Below, piece by piece: positions 41,839-53,389 of a DNA stretch of 64,000 bases (its first letter is position 1; each line of letters opens with the position of its first letter). The position numbers were made by a program, and so were the translations under genes. A model generated the notes under the pieces. It had not been told where the DNA came from and searched no databases. It saw only the letters and a program-made list of their open reading frames with translations. The stretch comes from Eledone cirrhosa (Eukaryota), in NCBI GenBank assembly GCA_964016885.1, contig OZ024740.1:264926001-264990000 (forward strand), in the 5' to 3' direction.

Positions 41839-42369
41839 ATAATTTTTTTCTACTTTTGGCACAAGGCCAGCAATTAACCCAGAGTATTACTGGTATTTTA
41901 TTTTATCTACCCCGTAAGGATGAAAGGCAAAGTTAACCTCGGTGGGATTTGAACTCAGGCCGTAAAGGAACATAACTCTATGCTGGAAAGCATAGCATCC
42001 GCCCCTCCACCGATACTGCCAATCCAACGCCCTTTGGTAGTAAAATAATTGTTTCTACTATTGGCACAAGGCCAGCAATTAACCAGTACATTACTGGTAC
42101 TTTATTTTATCGACCCCGTAAGGATGAAAGGCAAAGTTAACCTCGGCGGGATTTGAACTCAGATCATAAAGGGGCGTAACTCTATGCTGCAAAGCATGGC
42201 GTCCGACCCTCTACCGATACTGCCAATCCACCAGCCTTTGGTAGTAAAATAATTGTTTCTACTTTAGGCACAAGGCCAGCAAATACCCAGTACATTACTG
42301 GTACTTTATTTTATCGACCCCGTATGGATGAAAGGCAAAGTTAACCTCGGCGGGATTTGAACTCAGATC
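41839..42369 (-). mobile_element. Three head-to-tail family A SINEs
   Basis: Copies at ~41839-42032, ~42046-42236 and ~42250-42369, each preceded on the + strand by TTGGTAGTA(C/A)AAT. Confidence 0.88.
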
Positions 42370-42617
42370 AAATAATGTAACAGAATCAGACGACATGAAA
42401 TCAATTAAGATGAACACAACAGATATTCTATGATATACAACGTCTCTATAATTTTAATATCAACAATGAGACATAGCATCGTGAAATATAGCGTCTTGTT
42501 CAAGGACCAACATGTTGCCTGGTGCGGAGAGAAATCGAACTCACGTCCTTATGATTGTGACCCGAACAACCCAACCACTAAGTCACGTCACACGCATCCA
42601 ATATAAATTATACAACA

Positions 42618-43009
42618 CTAGCAGAAAAACACCGTTTAGCGACCGAAATATATACCTTACATAGGCGATGTTATATAGCGTCCATTATATCATAACTAGA
42701 GGTTAACTTTTCCTTTCATCCTTACGGGATCAATCAAATAAAGTACCAGTAATACACTGGGTATTTGCTGACTTTGTGCCAAAAGTAGAAACAATTATAT
42801 CATAACTAGAGGTATTGACATTTGAATGTTTTAAAACAACCGTATCTTGAAATAAGCAATAAAATTATTCATATTTAATCAGGAGTTACGAAATTTAGTA
42901 CATAAATTATGTAATATACATTCATTATTTATTCAAAGTAATCCAACTTATGGGATAAAAAAGTATATTCAGGACCCTGTCCCGCACTCCTCCCTTTATT
43001 ATATTATGA
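42618..43009 (-). mobile_element. Short non-autonomous Helitron containing a SINE fragment (~42698-42798)
   Basis: 5' end homologous to 32511/33401; minus-strand 3' TTTCTGCTAG; SINE TSD ATTATATCATAACTAGAGGT. Confidence 0.7.
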
Positions 43010-43444
43010 TAAAAGGAGTTAGAATAGAGTCTCTTCCAAGAAAAAATAATATACAGCAAACCACCAAAAGACTACAAATTCTTACTGAAAAGTAGAATGT
43101 GTTGAACATCATTGTGTTCCTGTTGATTTTATCAAAAGAACAAACTGTTCGTGGATTTACCGTGCCCATTGCTGAACATTCCAAAGTCACGTATACGTTT
43201 AGCAGAGTTCTCAGTAAATTTCGATGTGACACTTTATGTGATAACGTCGGACTTTATCAGGCATATGTCGTACTGTAAACATTGTATGTGCTTTCAAATA
43301 CGCTTCTAATCTGTTTTACGTTGTATTAGTGCAACTAGCGGAATAACCGCCCTCGGTCGGTTTTCTGCTAGCATGTGTAGTGTGCATATTGGTATTATAC
43401 ACAAATATATATATGTAAATTGAAAAGTAAATTGACAATATTTT

Positions 43445-44080
43445 CTTCTTCGCCCACTTATTTCTGGGAGGGTCGTGGGGGCAGAGTCATTCTTAAACAC
43501 TCCTTCCAGCGAGTGGATCCCAAAGCGTGACCACTCATGGATGTTATCCAACTATCTTGATCAGGGTCTACCTCTGGGTCTCTTGACGGTTGGTTTTGCC
43601 TTTAAAATGTCTCCAGCGATTATTTACTGAGACATTCTAACCTCATGCTCATAGTATCGGAGTTGTGATCTCTCAATTCGGAGAAGTAGCGGCTCTACCA
43701 GGAGTGACTCTCTGGTCTCTGAGTTATGCACTTTATCGAGCAACGCTACTCCAAAGACCCTTCAGGAATCCCATTTCTGCCGCTTCTATTTGCAATTGTA
43801 TTATTTTGGTCATTACTCAAGATTCACGATCCTCAGTGAGAGTTGGCAGGAATACCAGGAAGACTGCGAGTTTGGATTTTACACCTACTCTGCGAGTTTG
43901 GCTTTTACACCCCCTTTTTCTGAATGTTGAGGCTGGCGCATTACTGCATCAGCTTTTGCAATTCTTGCACTTAGTTCAGCCTCCTGCATTCCATCACTCA
44001 TGAACACGGCTCCAAGATACTTGAACTTCTATAACTGCTTCAGTAGAACTCCATTCACATGTATATAAATTTGAGGGACT
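43445..44080 (-). mobile_element. Decayed RTE-clade LINE 3' fragment
   Basis: Minus strand reads KFKYLGAVFMSDG and KRPRGRP; short AAG tail. Confidence 0.7.
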
Positions 44081-44259
44081 TCTGTCCACCCGTCCACCAC
44101 ACAATGTGTTTGTGTGAATGTATGTGTGTGTAAAATGAAGGAAAGGGATACACACATATATGTCTCTAACTTAAAAACAGTGACACAAACACACACACGC
44201 CTCTAATTTAAGAACACCGACAAACTCGCGCGTGAGCCCGGGCAAATATCCCCTCAATT

Positions 44260-44660
44260 TTGAAACCGTCTGAGTTGTCCAGAATTGACGGGAAAAGACT
44301 TGACGGTCTTATTCTGTGCTCCTGGACAAGAGGCAGGTGCCTTACCTGGGACGTCACAGTTAGTGACTCTTTTGCTTTTCCCATATCCTGGATGCAGCGG
44401 TAAGGGCGAGAGCTACAGCATCCGCAGCTGAACGGAACAAAATCCTAAAATACCGTGTTCTGTCAGCTAACTACATTATCCAGCCTGTGGCGTTCGAGAT
44501 GTTTGGGGTAGTCGGGATACAGTCAGCGAGGTTCTTATCTTCACTGGCGGCTCGCCAAACAGAGGTAACTGGTGATGCTCATGAGGGCACTTGGTTGTTC
44601 CAGCACCTCAGCCTCGCCATCACCCCCAGGTAACGCCGCGAATGTGCTGGCCTGCCCCAA
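44260..44660 (+). mobile_element. CRE-like RLE endonuclease fragment; partial duplicate at 45087-45160
   Basis: DGKRLDGL..WTRGRCLTWDVTVSDSFA..KILKY..PVAFEMFG..WLFQHLSLAI. Confidence 0.7.
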
Positions 44661-45207
44661 AAATTATTAGAGAGGTTTCCCAGTGCTCCTCGCTATATTG
44701 CTATCTTTTGCTATGGTCTCGTTTTTCCATTCTTTCGACTGCATATTGTTCTATCGGGTCTAAGATGTGGGTATTACGTGCTTGTGTATTTTTTCTCTTT
44801 CTTTTTTTTTACTTTCTTTCTATATTTCCTTTGTATATATTATATTTTTTAGTGTTTTCGTTTCGTAATCATTATATTAAATTTTTATATAAATGAGTTT
44901 AAAAAAAAAAGATTTAAACTGTATTGTTAATAAATAAATAAAAAGTTGTACTTTTACCCTCCCATTTCCAATTCACCGAACGCTATTATGACTGTATGTG
45001 TGTGTTTGTGAAAATGTATATGTGTGAATGTGTGTTTGTGTGAATGTATGTATGTGTTTGTGTGAAAGTATGTGTATTTGTGTGAATGGGACGTCACAAT
45101 TAGGGACGCTTGCTTCTTCCCACATCCTGGATGCAGCGGTAAGGGTGAAAGCTACAGCATATATATTATATTTGTTTGTGTTTTCGTTCTGTAAGCATTA
45201 TATTAAA

Positions 45208-46003
45208 CTAGCAGAAAAAGCACCCTATGGATGGTTCTCTGCTAGCCTGTGTAGTGTACATATTGATATTATACACAAGAGATATGATAGATCAAATAAA
45301 ATCGTAATTGACAATATACACAGAAATTGAACGAAGACTGCGTTACACTGTCTTATGTAATCAGTAACGTAATCAATTGACGGAAATATATGACTGTTTA
45401 TATAAGCGATCGTTAACCGGAAGTGTTGAAATTTTAAAATTTTAAAGAAGTGAATCTTAAAATAAGCGACAAAGTTATTTATATTTAATCAAGAAAAACG
45501 AAATTTAGTAGATAAATAATGTAATAGCCATTCATTATTTATTCATGGATTGGCAGTATCAGTGGAGGGTCGGACGCCATGCTTTCCAGCATAGTTAAGT
45601 CCATTTACGATCTGAGTTCAAATCCCGCCGAGGTTGACTTTGCCTTTCATCCTTACGGGGTCGATAAAATAAAGTACCAGTAATGCACTGGATAATTGCT
45701 GGCCTTGTGCCTAAAGTAGAAACAATTATTTATTCAAGGTGGATCGGCAGTATCGGTAGAGGGTCGGACGCCATGCTTTCCAGCATAGTTACGTCCCTTT
45801 ACGATCTGAGTTCAAATCCCGCCGAGGTTGACTTTGCCTTTCATCCTTACGGGGTCGATAAGATAAAGTACCAGTAATTGCTGGCCTTGTGCCTAAAGTA
45901 GAAACAATTATTTATTCAAAGTAATCCAACTTATTTTACAAACGGGATAAAAAAAATATATTCTGTACTCTGCCCTGCACTCCTCCATTTATTATAGTTT
46001 AGA
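45208..46003 (-). mobile_element. Non-autonomous Helitron with canonical A|TC...CTAG|T junctions, carrying two SINEs
   Basis: Empty-site homologue CATTATATTAAATTTTTAT at ~44870; no TSD. Confidence 0.8.
45547..45910 (+). mobile_element. Two tandem family A SINEs
   Basis: Separated and flanked by ATTATTTATTCA(A). Confidence 0.88.
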
Positions 46004-46514
46004 TTTTTATACACAATGAGTTTAAAAAAAAAAAAGAGTTAAACTGTGTTGTTAATAAATAAATAAAACGTTATACTTGTTTTACCCTCCCGTTTCCAAT
46101 TCACCGCACGCTATCATGACTGTGTGTGTGTTTTTGTGTAAATGTATGTGTGAATGTGTATTTGTGTGAATGTGTTTGTGTGAAAGTGTCTGTATTTATC
46201 TGAATCTATGTCGGTGAGGGTGTATTTTTATAAGTTTGTGTTTGTTTGCGAGATTATAGTTATATACTCATATATATAGATGCATATGCACAATCATACG
46301 CGTCAGCATTTAGAAAGTGATCATCACAAACTCTCCATTGTTATATGTTAGTTGAAGTGGTGGTGGTGGTGGTGTCGACGATATACCGGAAGTCTAGAAA
46401 TTCGTAACTTTGAAAATAAGTAAATTTTAAATTATTTATACATTCGAAATTTAGTTACGAAGTTTAGTACATAAATAATGTAATATTCGTTCATTATTTA
46501 TTACAGCCCTTTCC

Positions 46515-47012
46515 ATTCTGAGTTCAAATCCCGCCGAGGTTAACTTTGCCTTTCATCCTTACAGGGTCGATAAAATAAAGTACCAGTAATACACTGAGTA
46601 ATTGCAGGCCTTGTGCCAAAAGTAGAAACAATTATTTATTCAAGGTGGTGGATTGGCAGTATCGGTAGAGGGTCGGACGCCATGCTTTCCTCCATAGTTA
46701 CGTCCCTTTACGATCTGAGTTCAAATCTCATCGAGGTTGACTTTGCCTTTCATCCTTACGGGGTCGATAAAATAAAGTACCAGTAATGCACTGGATAATT
46801 GCTGGCCTTGTGCCTAAAGTAGAAACAATTATTTATTCAAGGTGGATTGGCAGTATCTGTAGAGGGTCGGACGCCATGCTTTCCAGCATAGTTACGTCCC
46901 TTTACGATCTGAGTTCAAATCCCGCCGAGGTTGACTTTGCCTTTCATCCTTACGGGGTCGATAAAATAAAGTACCAGTAATTGCTGGCCTTGTGCCTAAA
47001 GTAGAAACAATT
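46515..47012 (+). mobile_element. Three tandem family A SINEs
   Basis: Separated by ATTATTTATTCAA. Confidence 0.88.
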
Positions 47013-47445
47013 ATTTATTCAAAGTAATCGAACTTATTTTACAAACGGGATAAAAAAAAATGTATTCTGGATGCAATCCTGCATTCCTTACATTATTATA
47101 GTTTATATTACTAATTATTACTAGCCAGTCAAACCTGCATTGTATGCAAATCAGCATCTTCAAAATGTATTAGCAAAATCTCCATATAAGCTATCAGTAC
47201 TGTGTGTTGAAATGGGATTTATGTTGAATCAATTTCTGATATACGAGTATTTGTCGATCTCAAGTAGTTACTGTAATAGGTGGGACGTTATCTTAGCTTA
47301 TAGTACATACAGCGAGATGTTTTACTCATAAATATTTCTTATAAAGATTCTTCTATTCTTAATCATAGCGACTTAATACTACTGCGTATATACATGCTAC
47401 ATACATACAATCATACATGCATACAGTCACACATACACACACACT

Positions 47446-47513
<68 letters not shown>

Positions 47514-47574
47514 GATATAGATATACACACACGCACATATGTGTATATATATATATTTATATATATATATATAT

Positions 47575-48458
47575 ATAAGTATGTATACGTACATACATAT
47601 ATGTGTACAGACGTACAGTAGTATGTATATATATACATACATGCACACATATATATATGTACTTATGGAGATTTTACCGAACATTTATTATAATGTTCGG
47701 TTTGTTTGTAAACAAACAGCCCGAATTATGCCGCACAGTGCTCGGCAACCATCGTCGCCCTTTTGTTCAACACTGACACAGGAACAATATTCTAGTTTCA
47801 AGCTTATTAGCTATCGTCAGCATCGTATACCTTAATGTCAGATGATTGAACGTTTAAAAGTATATTCTTTCCCGATGCAAATTAACGGCTGAACAGCTTA
47901 ATTTGCATATCGAGTTAGTTAGCCGGCTGGGCGTACCGAAAACGATAAATGGAAAAGAATGAAACGAAATTTCATTTCTCACTCTTAGTACGGTTGATAC
48001 TTAAATATAAGTATGTATACGTGCATACATATATGTATACAGACGTACAGTAGTATGTATATATATATACATACATACACACTTATATATGTACGTATGG
48101 GTTTACCAAAATTTATTATAATGTTCGGTTTGTTTATAAACAAACAGTCCGAATCATTAGCCGTACAGTGCTCGGCAACCATCGTCGCCCTTTTGCTCAA
48201 CACTGACACAGGAATCATGTACTAGTTTCAAGCTTATTAGCTATCGTCAGCATCGTATACCTTCCTGTCAGATGATTGAACGTTTGAAAGTATATACTTT
48301 CCTTATGGATTTTAACGGCTGAGCAGCCTAATTTGCAAATCGAGTGAGTTAGCCGGCCGGGCGTACCGAAAACGATAAATGGAAAAGAATGAAACAAAAT
48401 TTCATTTCTCACTCTTATGTATGTCTGTGAGAATTGAAATTTGGTTTCATTCTTTTCC

Positions 48459-48464
<6 letters not shown>
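47575..48464 (-). repeat. Two tandem ~430-bp non-coding units with hammerhead motifs and a terminal inverted repeat
   Basis: 47575-47987 matches 48007-48417; 48375-48412 is inverted at 48427-48464. Confidence 0.85.
48217..48253 (-). ncRNA. Minimal type I hammerhead ribozyme motif; mutated twin at 47787-47823
   Basis: ATG-CTGACGA-TAGCTAATAAGCTT-GAA-ACTAGT-A-CAT (GUA site); the twin has U16.1>A. Confidence 0.72.
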
Positions 48465-48526
<62 letters not shown>

Positions 48527-49127
48527 GTATGTATGTATGGCTATCTCTGTGTGTGTGTGTGTGTACATGTGTTTACAACGCTATCGGCAAGCGGCCTATT
48601 TTACTCGTTTGTTCTCGCTGGGGGGTTTGAATATATGGAGTATTTTTTATAAATGTCATTAACTGTTCATTTACAACGTTATTAAGGTTGTTTGATATAA
48701 TTATTATATTTCATACAGTTAATGAACCTCGAACTTCGAAGACAGCATTGTTTTGAATTTTATTTTTCCTTTTTTTTTTACAGACGTGCGTTTCAGTTAA
48801 CCCACATTTTTGGCGGTTAAAATAAATTTCAACAATTTGGATACGAATATCTGGAGAATAAAATAGGTAACTATATTAAAGGGGCATTTGTAGGTCGGTG
48901 GAGAGGGGGAATTACTACAGTCAGACAGATGCTTGTGGTGTCTGTTCCAGCTATGTGTTTTCTGGTTTCAAACCTACGTTCTCACAAACAAAACGTTAAC
49001 GCCCCCCTTTCCTAAAAAGGGACCATGAACAATACCAATTGAAATATACTGATGACCTTTTGTATGCTGCTGTAATCGGTTTTTGTTGAATCACTAAGTC
49101 TGACGAGTACCATAACGGACTTTGAGC

Positions 49128-49193
<66 letters not shown>

Positions 49194-51248
49194 CTAAGCG
49201 CCCGTCCGGCTGGCGCTCGGCTAGGTATACCTTCCCCCACCACTCCACTGAAAAGATACCACACACCCTCCCATGTCACATTGTCCTTCCGACTTCGTAG
49301 CAAAGGGGTGGAGCTACCGTATAGATCGGCCAACTGTTCCCATCACGTATGCTTGAAGCATGCCTGTGCGTGTGTATGTACTACCCAGTGGGTGTATGTG
49401 CGCAGAGGCAGAGACAAACCGACAATTCGGTCTGACAACTGTGTACTGGCTGTAGCTTTGTTTAAAAATTTCAAGTCTGCAGAAAGCCGTTAAAGAACAG
49501 ATTGCGGTAACAATTGCAAGAAGGTGGCCCTAAAAAGGGCCGTTGTTCGTTCATTGCTGAATTTATCCGGACACATCATGATATCCGATACCTATCCGGG
49601 TATTACGAATGACATCCGGTGTGATTTTGGCCCATGCATTGGCGACCCATAGGTTTAATAAAATGGTGAATCCGTTGCAAGGTCTGTTAATCCATGTACA
49701 GCCGTAATGAAAATTCCACATTACAAAAATACAAAACTTACATTGTTAGAGCCTCAGAGTACACAATGATTTTTGTTCGGCCCTCGGGAGCAAAAATGAA
49801 GAGATTGTTTGGGGAGCTCACCCTAGAGCATCCTACATACAACTGACCATGGAAGAAGCATGGTGTTCCCAGATGAAGGCCAGTGACTTTGAGACTCGAC
49901 TACTCGACTGGCTCTCGCATGAGTCCTCATTCCGGAACTAGAGCACTGCAGCTTGCTACAATATGCAATACTGTATCCTTTCTCGTAGCACGCATCTAAC
50001 ACCTTTCTTAAACATCTTCACTATCAAGTCTTTCTGATATACATTATTCTGCATGATTTTTCCCTCCCTCTATCACTTTACATATGAATATGTAATCAGT
50101 ATTTGTAAACATTGACGCTGTTTCCTTCAATGGTGCTCGTTTCATATGCATTTTGGTTTATCAGAAAAAATGGGAACGGTATGAAATTATTTGAAAGGTT
50201 TTATGGAATAGTTGAAGGCGTTTAGAAATGGTTTACATTGTGTTGTAAGCTGTTCAGCGCATTCACTTACAATAAAGTGTATCATATGAAGAATTCTTGA
50301 TAGTATCTGAATTTTCTTTAAGAAATATAGAAGGGGTTGCCTCGTCAACCTCAACTCTTTATATTCAATCTCGTATGGAGGGCAAATACGTGTAGACGTA
50401 CAAGCGAAAGAGTCATGCAACGTTCTCATATTAAATAAAAAACACCTTTATGCCTTAATACCATGCGGTGAGGCAGACACTTCTTTGAATGAAGTTGGTT
50501 TTCTTGAAGCATGATTAAGGCTAGTTCTTATTAATTTCTGGTCACCTGGTAAAATCGGCAATTCAACGACAGCTAGGTTTTATAACAGCTGCCTGGGGGT
50601 GATAGATAGAAGTAATCTATGTACTAAGACATGCGAAAACTCTCCTTTACTTTAATTAGATATTTCTGTCATATTAACACATTTAGCAAAATTTATGAAA
50701 CTGGCTTATAAGAACGAGCCTTACTCATAATTCAGTGACAAGTAAACAACTACTATCCAGTGATTTGCCGAGCTTTAATATATAAAATATATATAGTGTA
50801 TCTATACCTGTAATAGTAATAAGACCATCACAACTATTGAAGCAGATTGAAGGAAAGAATATTGGAATTATGCCCATCAACCAATAATTAACAAAGCTAA
50901 TATAACACAGAGGATGAACATTTGAAGTGGGTTTGTATTATAAGCATTTCATTCGCAGCTGTACACAGTGAATAGAATCAAAATCCCATTCCATATTAAT
51001 ATTTCTACAAATATATGCAATACAAAATAACACATGTGCTTTAAGAGGATTTATTGGTGACGTAGACATAACCCAACATCATATAGCTAAAATTATGGTA
51101 AACACACTATTTATGCTTTTTATATCTGAAATAAAAAAAAGATTCATAATTTAAAATGTCTTATTGCAAATGTGGATACACTTCTCTATACATAAGTTCA
51201 ATATAAGTTTCTTCCAAGAATTAGACCCAGTAATATATATATATATAT

Positions 51249-51344
51249 AACTCGGCGGGATTTGAACTCAGAATGGCAAGGGCCGTAACTCTATGCTGCA
51301 AAGCATGGTGTCCGACACTCCACCGATACTGCCAATCCACCGCT
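51249..51344 (-). mobile_element. Family A SINE 5' fragment
   Basis: Reverse complement of the tRNA-like head. Confidence 0.7.
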
Positions 51345-51779
51345 CCAACTCTAAATAATAATAGTAATGAAGGAGGACATCTCAAACAAAGTACATGGGC
51401 TAGCGGCTAGGGTTACCGTGGTTTTTTGTGAGGTTTCTCAAAGAGTGACTCTCGCAGGTATCCCTGCTTTGGGGGAATTTGTTGTTTTATTTCTAAATGA
51501 TCGTATTTTTCTTTTTCATACATACTTTTCTCACACAAAAACACACACTGTACCCACTTGGTGGGCCACTGTAGAAAGGACCGCATAGTCATGTACCCTT
51601 CCCACATGGTCAGAAGAACAATATAGGTCCACATTCCAAGCATCTCACCAGGACTGAACATACAGAGGCGCATGTTCGAGGAGGGTACAGATAGTACTCT
51701 CATAGACGTTAAAAAAACACTAGAGAAGATTGGTCCGGGATGGATTAGGAGATTCTGCTAAAATAAAACCAGAAGAACT

Positions 51780-52180
51780 TGTAGTGACCTACATTCCGAG
51801 GGCTCACATACATTCTCTGTGCGTGATTTGGCTCAGCTCAGCCAATCAGCGCCAGCAGAAGAGGATGTATCCCTACGCGTCCTGAGAGAGAAATTACCCG
51901 CGAAGATTTGAAGAATCTCTCTCTCTCGCACCTGGGACTTCGAACCAGCAACACGTACATGTGACAGTGAGATTTTTCACCTTAACCTGCCGACTTTCCG
52001 GCGCAATGACACATTCCCTTTTGTAACCTCATTTTTATGTGTAACTTCAACCATACAAGTTAACCAACATTATTTGTGCTACAACAAAAATAAACATACA
52101 TTTCATCTCTAATTTCTGCTGTTGGCATCATTATTATGTTACTCGTGTCTCAATAACATTTAATTTACCATGCTGCTAAA
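51780..52180 (+). repeat. 5' LTR
   Basis: TGTAGTGACC...GCTGCTAAA, about 8 differences from the 3' LTR by eye. Confidence 0.95.
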
Positions 52181-52527
52181 TTGGTGACCTTCGACGATTA
52201 AGTATGAATACGCAGCCTATTTGAATTCGCCATTCGTTTTAACGGCAATGTGGAGTGGCTTAACATTTGGAATGTTCGAATCACTTAGCGTAAGTCCATA
52301 AAATTCATAATATTCCATTTGTTGAAGCACGCGGTCTGCACAATATTTCTGTCATAACTTTCATGGAAAATGATTTTTTTTTTTTAATCAAATTTTCTTT
52401 AGAATTCTTTTTTTAAAGAAAAAAAATTAGCAGTATTTAAAAACGGCTACCACCAAGTACCACCCATCAGCAGCAACACCTGGCTAACTATTAACCAACA
52501 CCAAAAATTCATCAAATACGTGGCACC

Positions 52528-53365
52528 ATGAGTCAACATCATTTGCCGTCCTTCGCAGGCGACATCAAGTTCTGGTTTGCGCAGCTGGAATGTTTCTTTG
52601 AATTAACACAGACAAAAGAACAGCATAAGCTGAAGGTCCTGATCAATGGCCTACCTGTTTCCTTGGCATTCTCGGTGAAGGACGTTGTGACGGATTTGGA
52701 CGCCAACGTTACCTACGGCTCATTAAAAAACGAAATTCTTCGTCGAAATACCCAGTCGGTAGAGAGTCGTATTCAGGAGTTGTTGGACGATGCTCAAATG
52801 GGTGACAGAAAGCCGAGTTCCTATTTGCGACATTTGCGGGAGTTGAGCGACTCCCAGGGGATTGACACCCCCCTTCATAAAGCAGCTCTTTTTCTCACGT
52901 TTACCGCCAAGTGCGCAAAGGATTTTGGTTAACAGTTTGGAGAGGGAGTCGTTAGAGCAACTTGCCGCGTCCGCGGATAGAATACTTGAGGTGGACTCGA
53001 ACAGCAATCGGCATAATCCTTATGTGGCTTCGGCGTGCGTCCCCCCACGCAATTCTTCTGTGGCCGACAGCAGACTGTTGGAGTTGATTGAAGCTCTCAC
53101 CAAAAAGGTAGAAGATTTGACTGTACAACATAGAGAGCCTTCTCAACGTTTAAGGTACCGTTCGCCTCCGTCTGATATTCCTCGAAACCGCTACGAGTAC
53201 CGTTCGCCACCGTCTTCTGTTCCTCGCCAACACTACACTTCAGGCAGCAGTAATTCTTCGATTTGTTGGTATCATGTTAACTTTGGCAGTCGGGCGCCTT
53301 GCAACTATAGGAGTTCGGAAAAACGCCAATCAGAGCCACTAGGGGCGGCTAGTGAACTCTGGTAA
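52528..53365 (+). pseudogene. gag: Gag, frameshifted near 52870, with shortened CHCC knuckle
   Basis: LPSFAGDIKFWFAQLE, GDRKPSSYLRHL, ICWYHVNFGSRAPC. Confidence 0.85.
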
Positions 53366-53389
53366 ACTCGACCAAACCGTCATCTTTTT

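Larger units (their letters stand above)
43335..47107 (-). mobile_element. Probable composite non-autonomous Helitron with nested insertions
   Basis: 3' palindromic CTAG end at 43335 similar to 38800-38906; 46005-47107 is the reverse homologue of 32511-33360. Confidence 0.55.

Noticed and set aside
41839-42369. CRISPR-like repeat-spacer pattern
   Set aside because: Units are SINEs with constant spacers, the context is eukaryotic, and no cas genes are present.
49500-50700. Coding-like, less repetitive sequence, also at 39560-40030
   Set aside because: No recognisable motif or sustained ORF; needs BLASTX.
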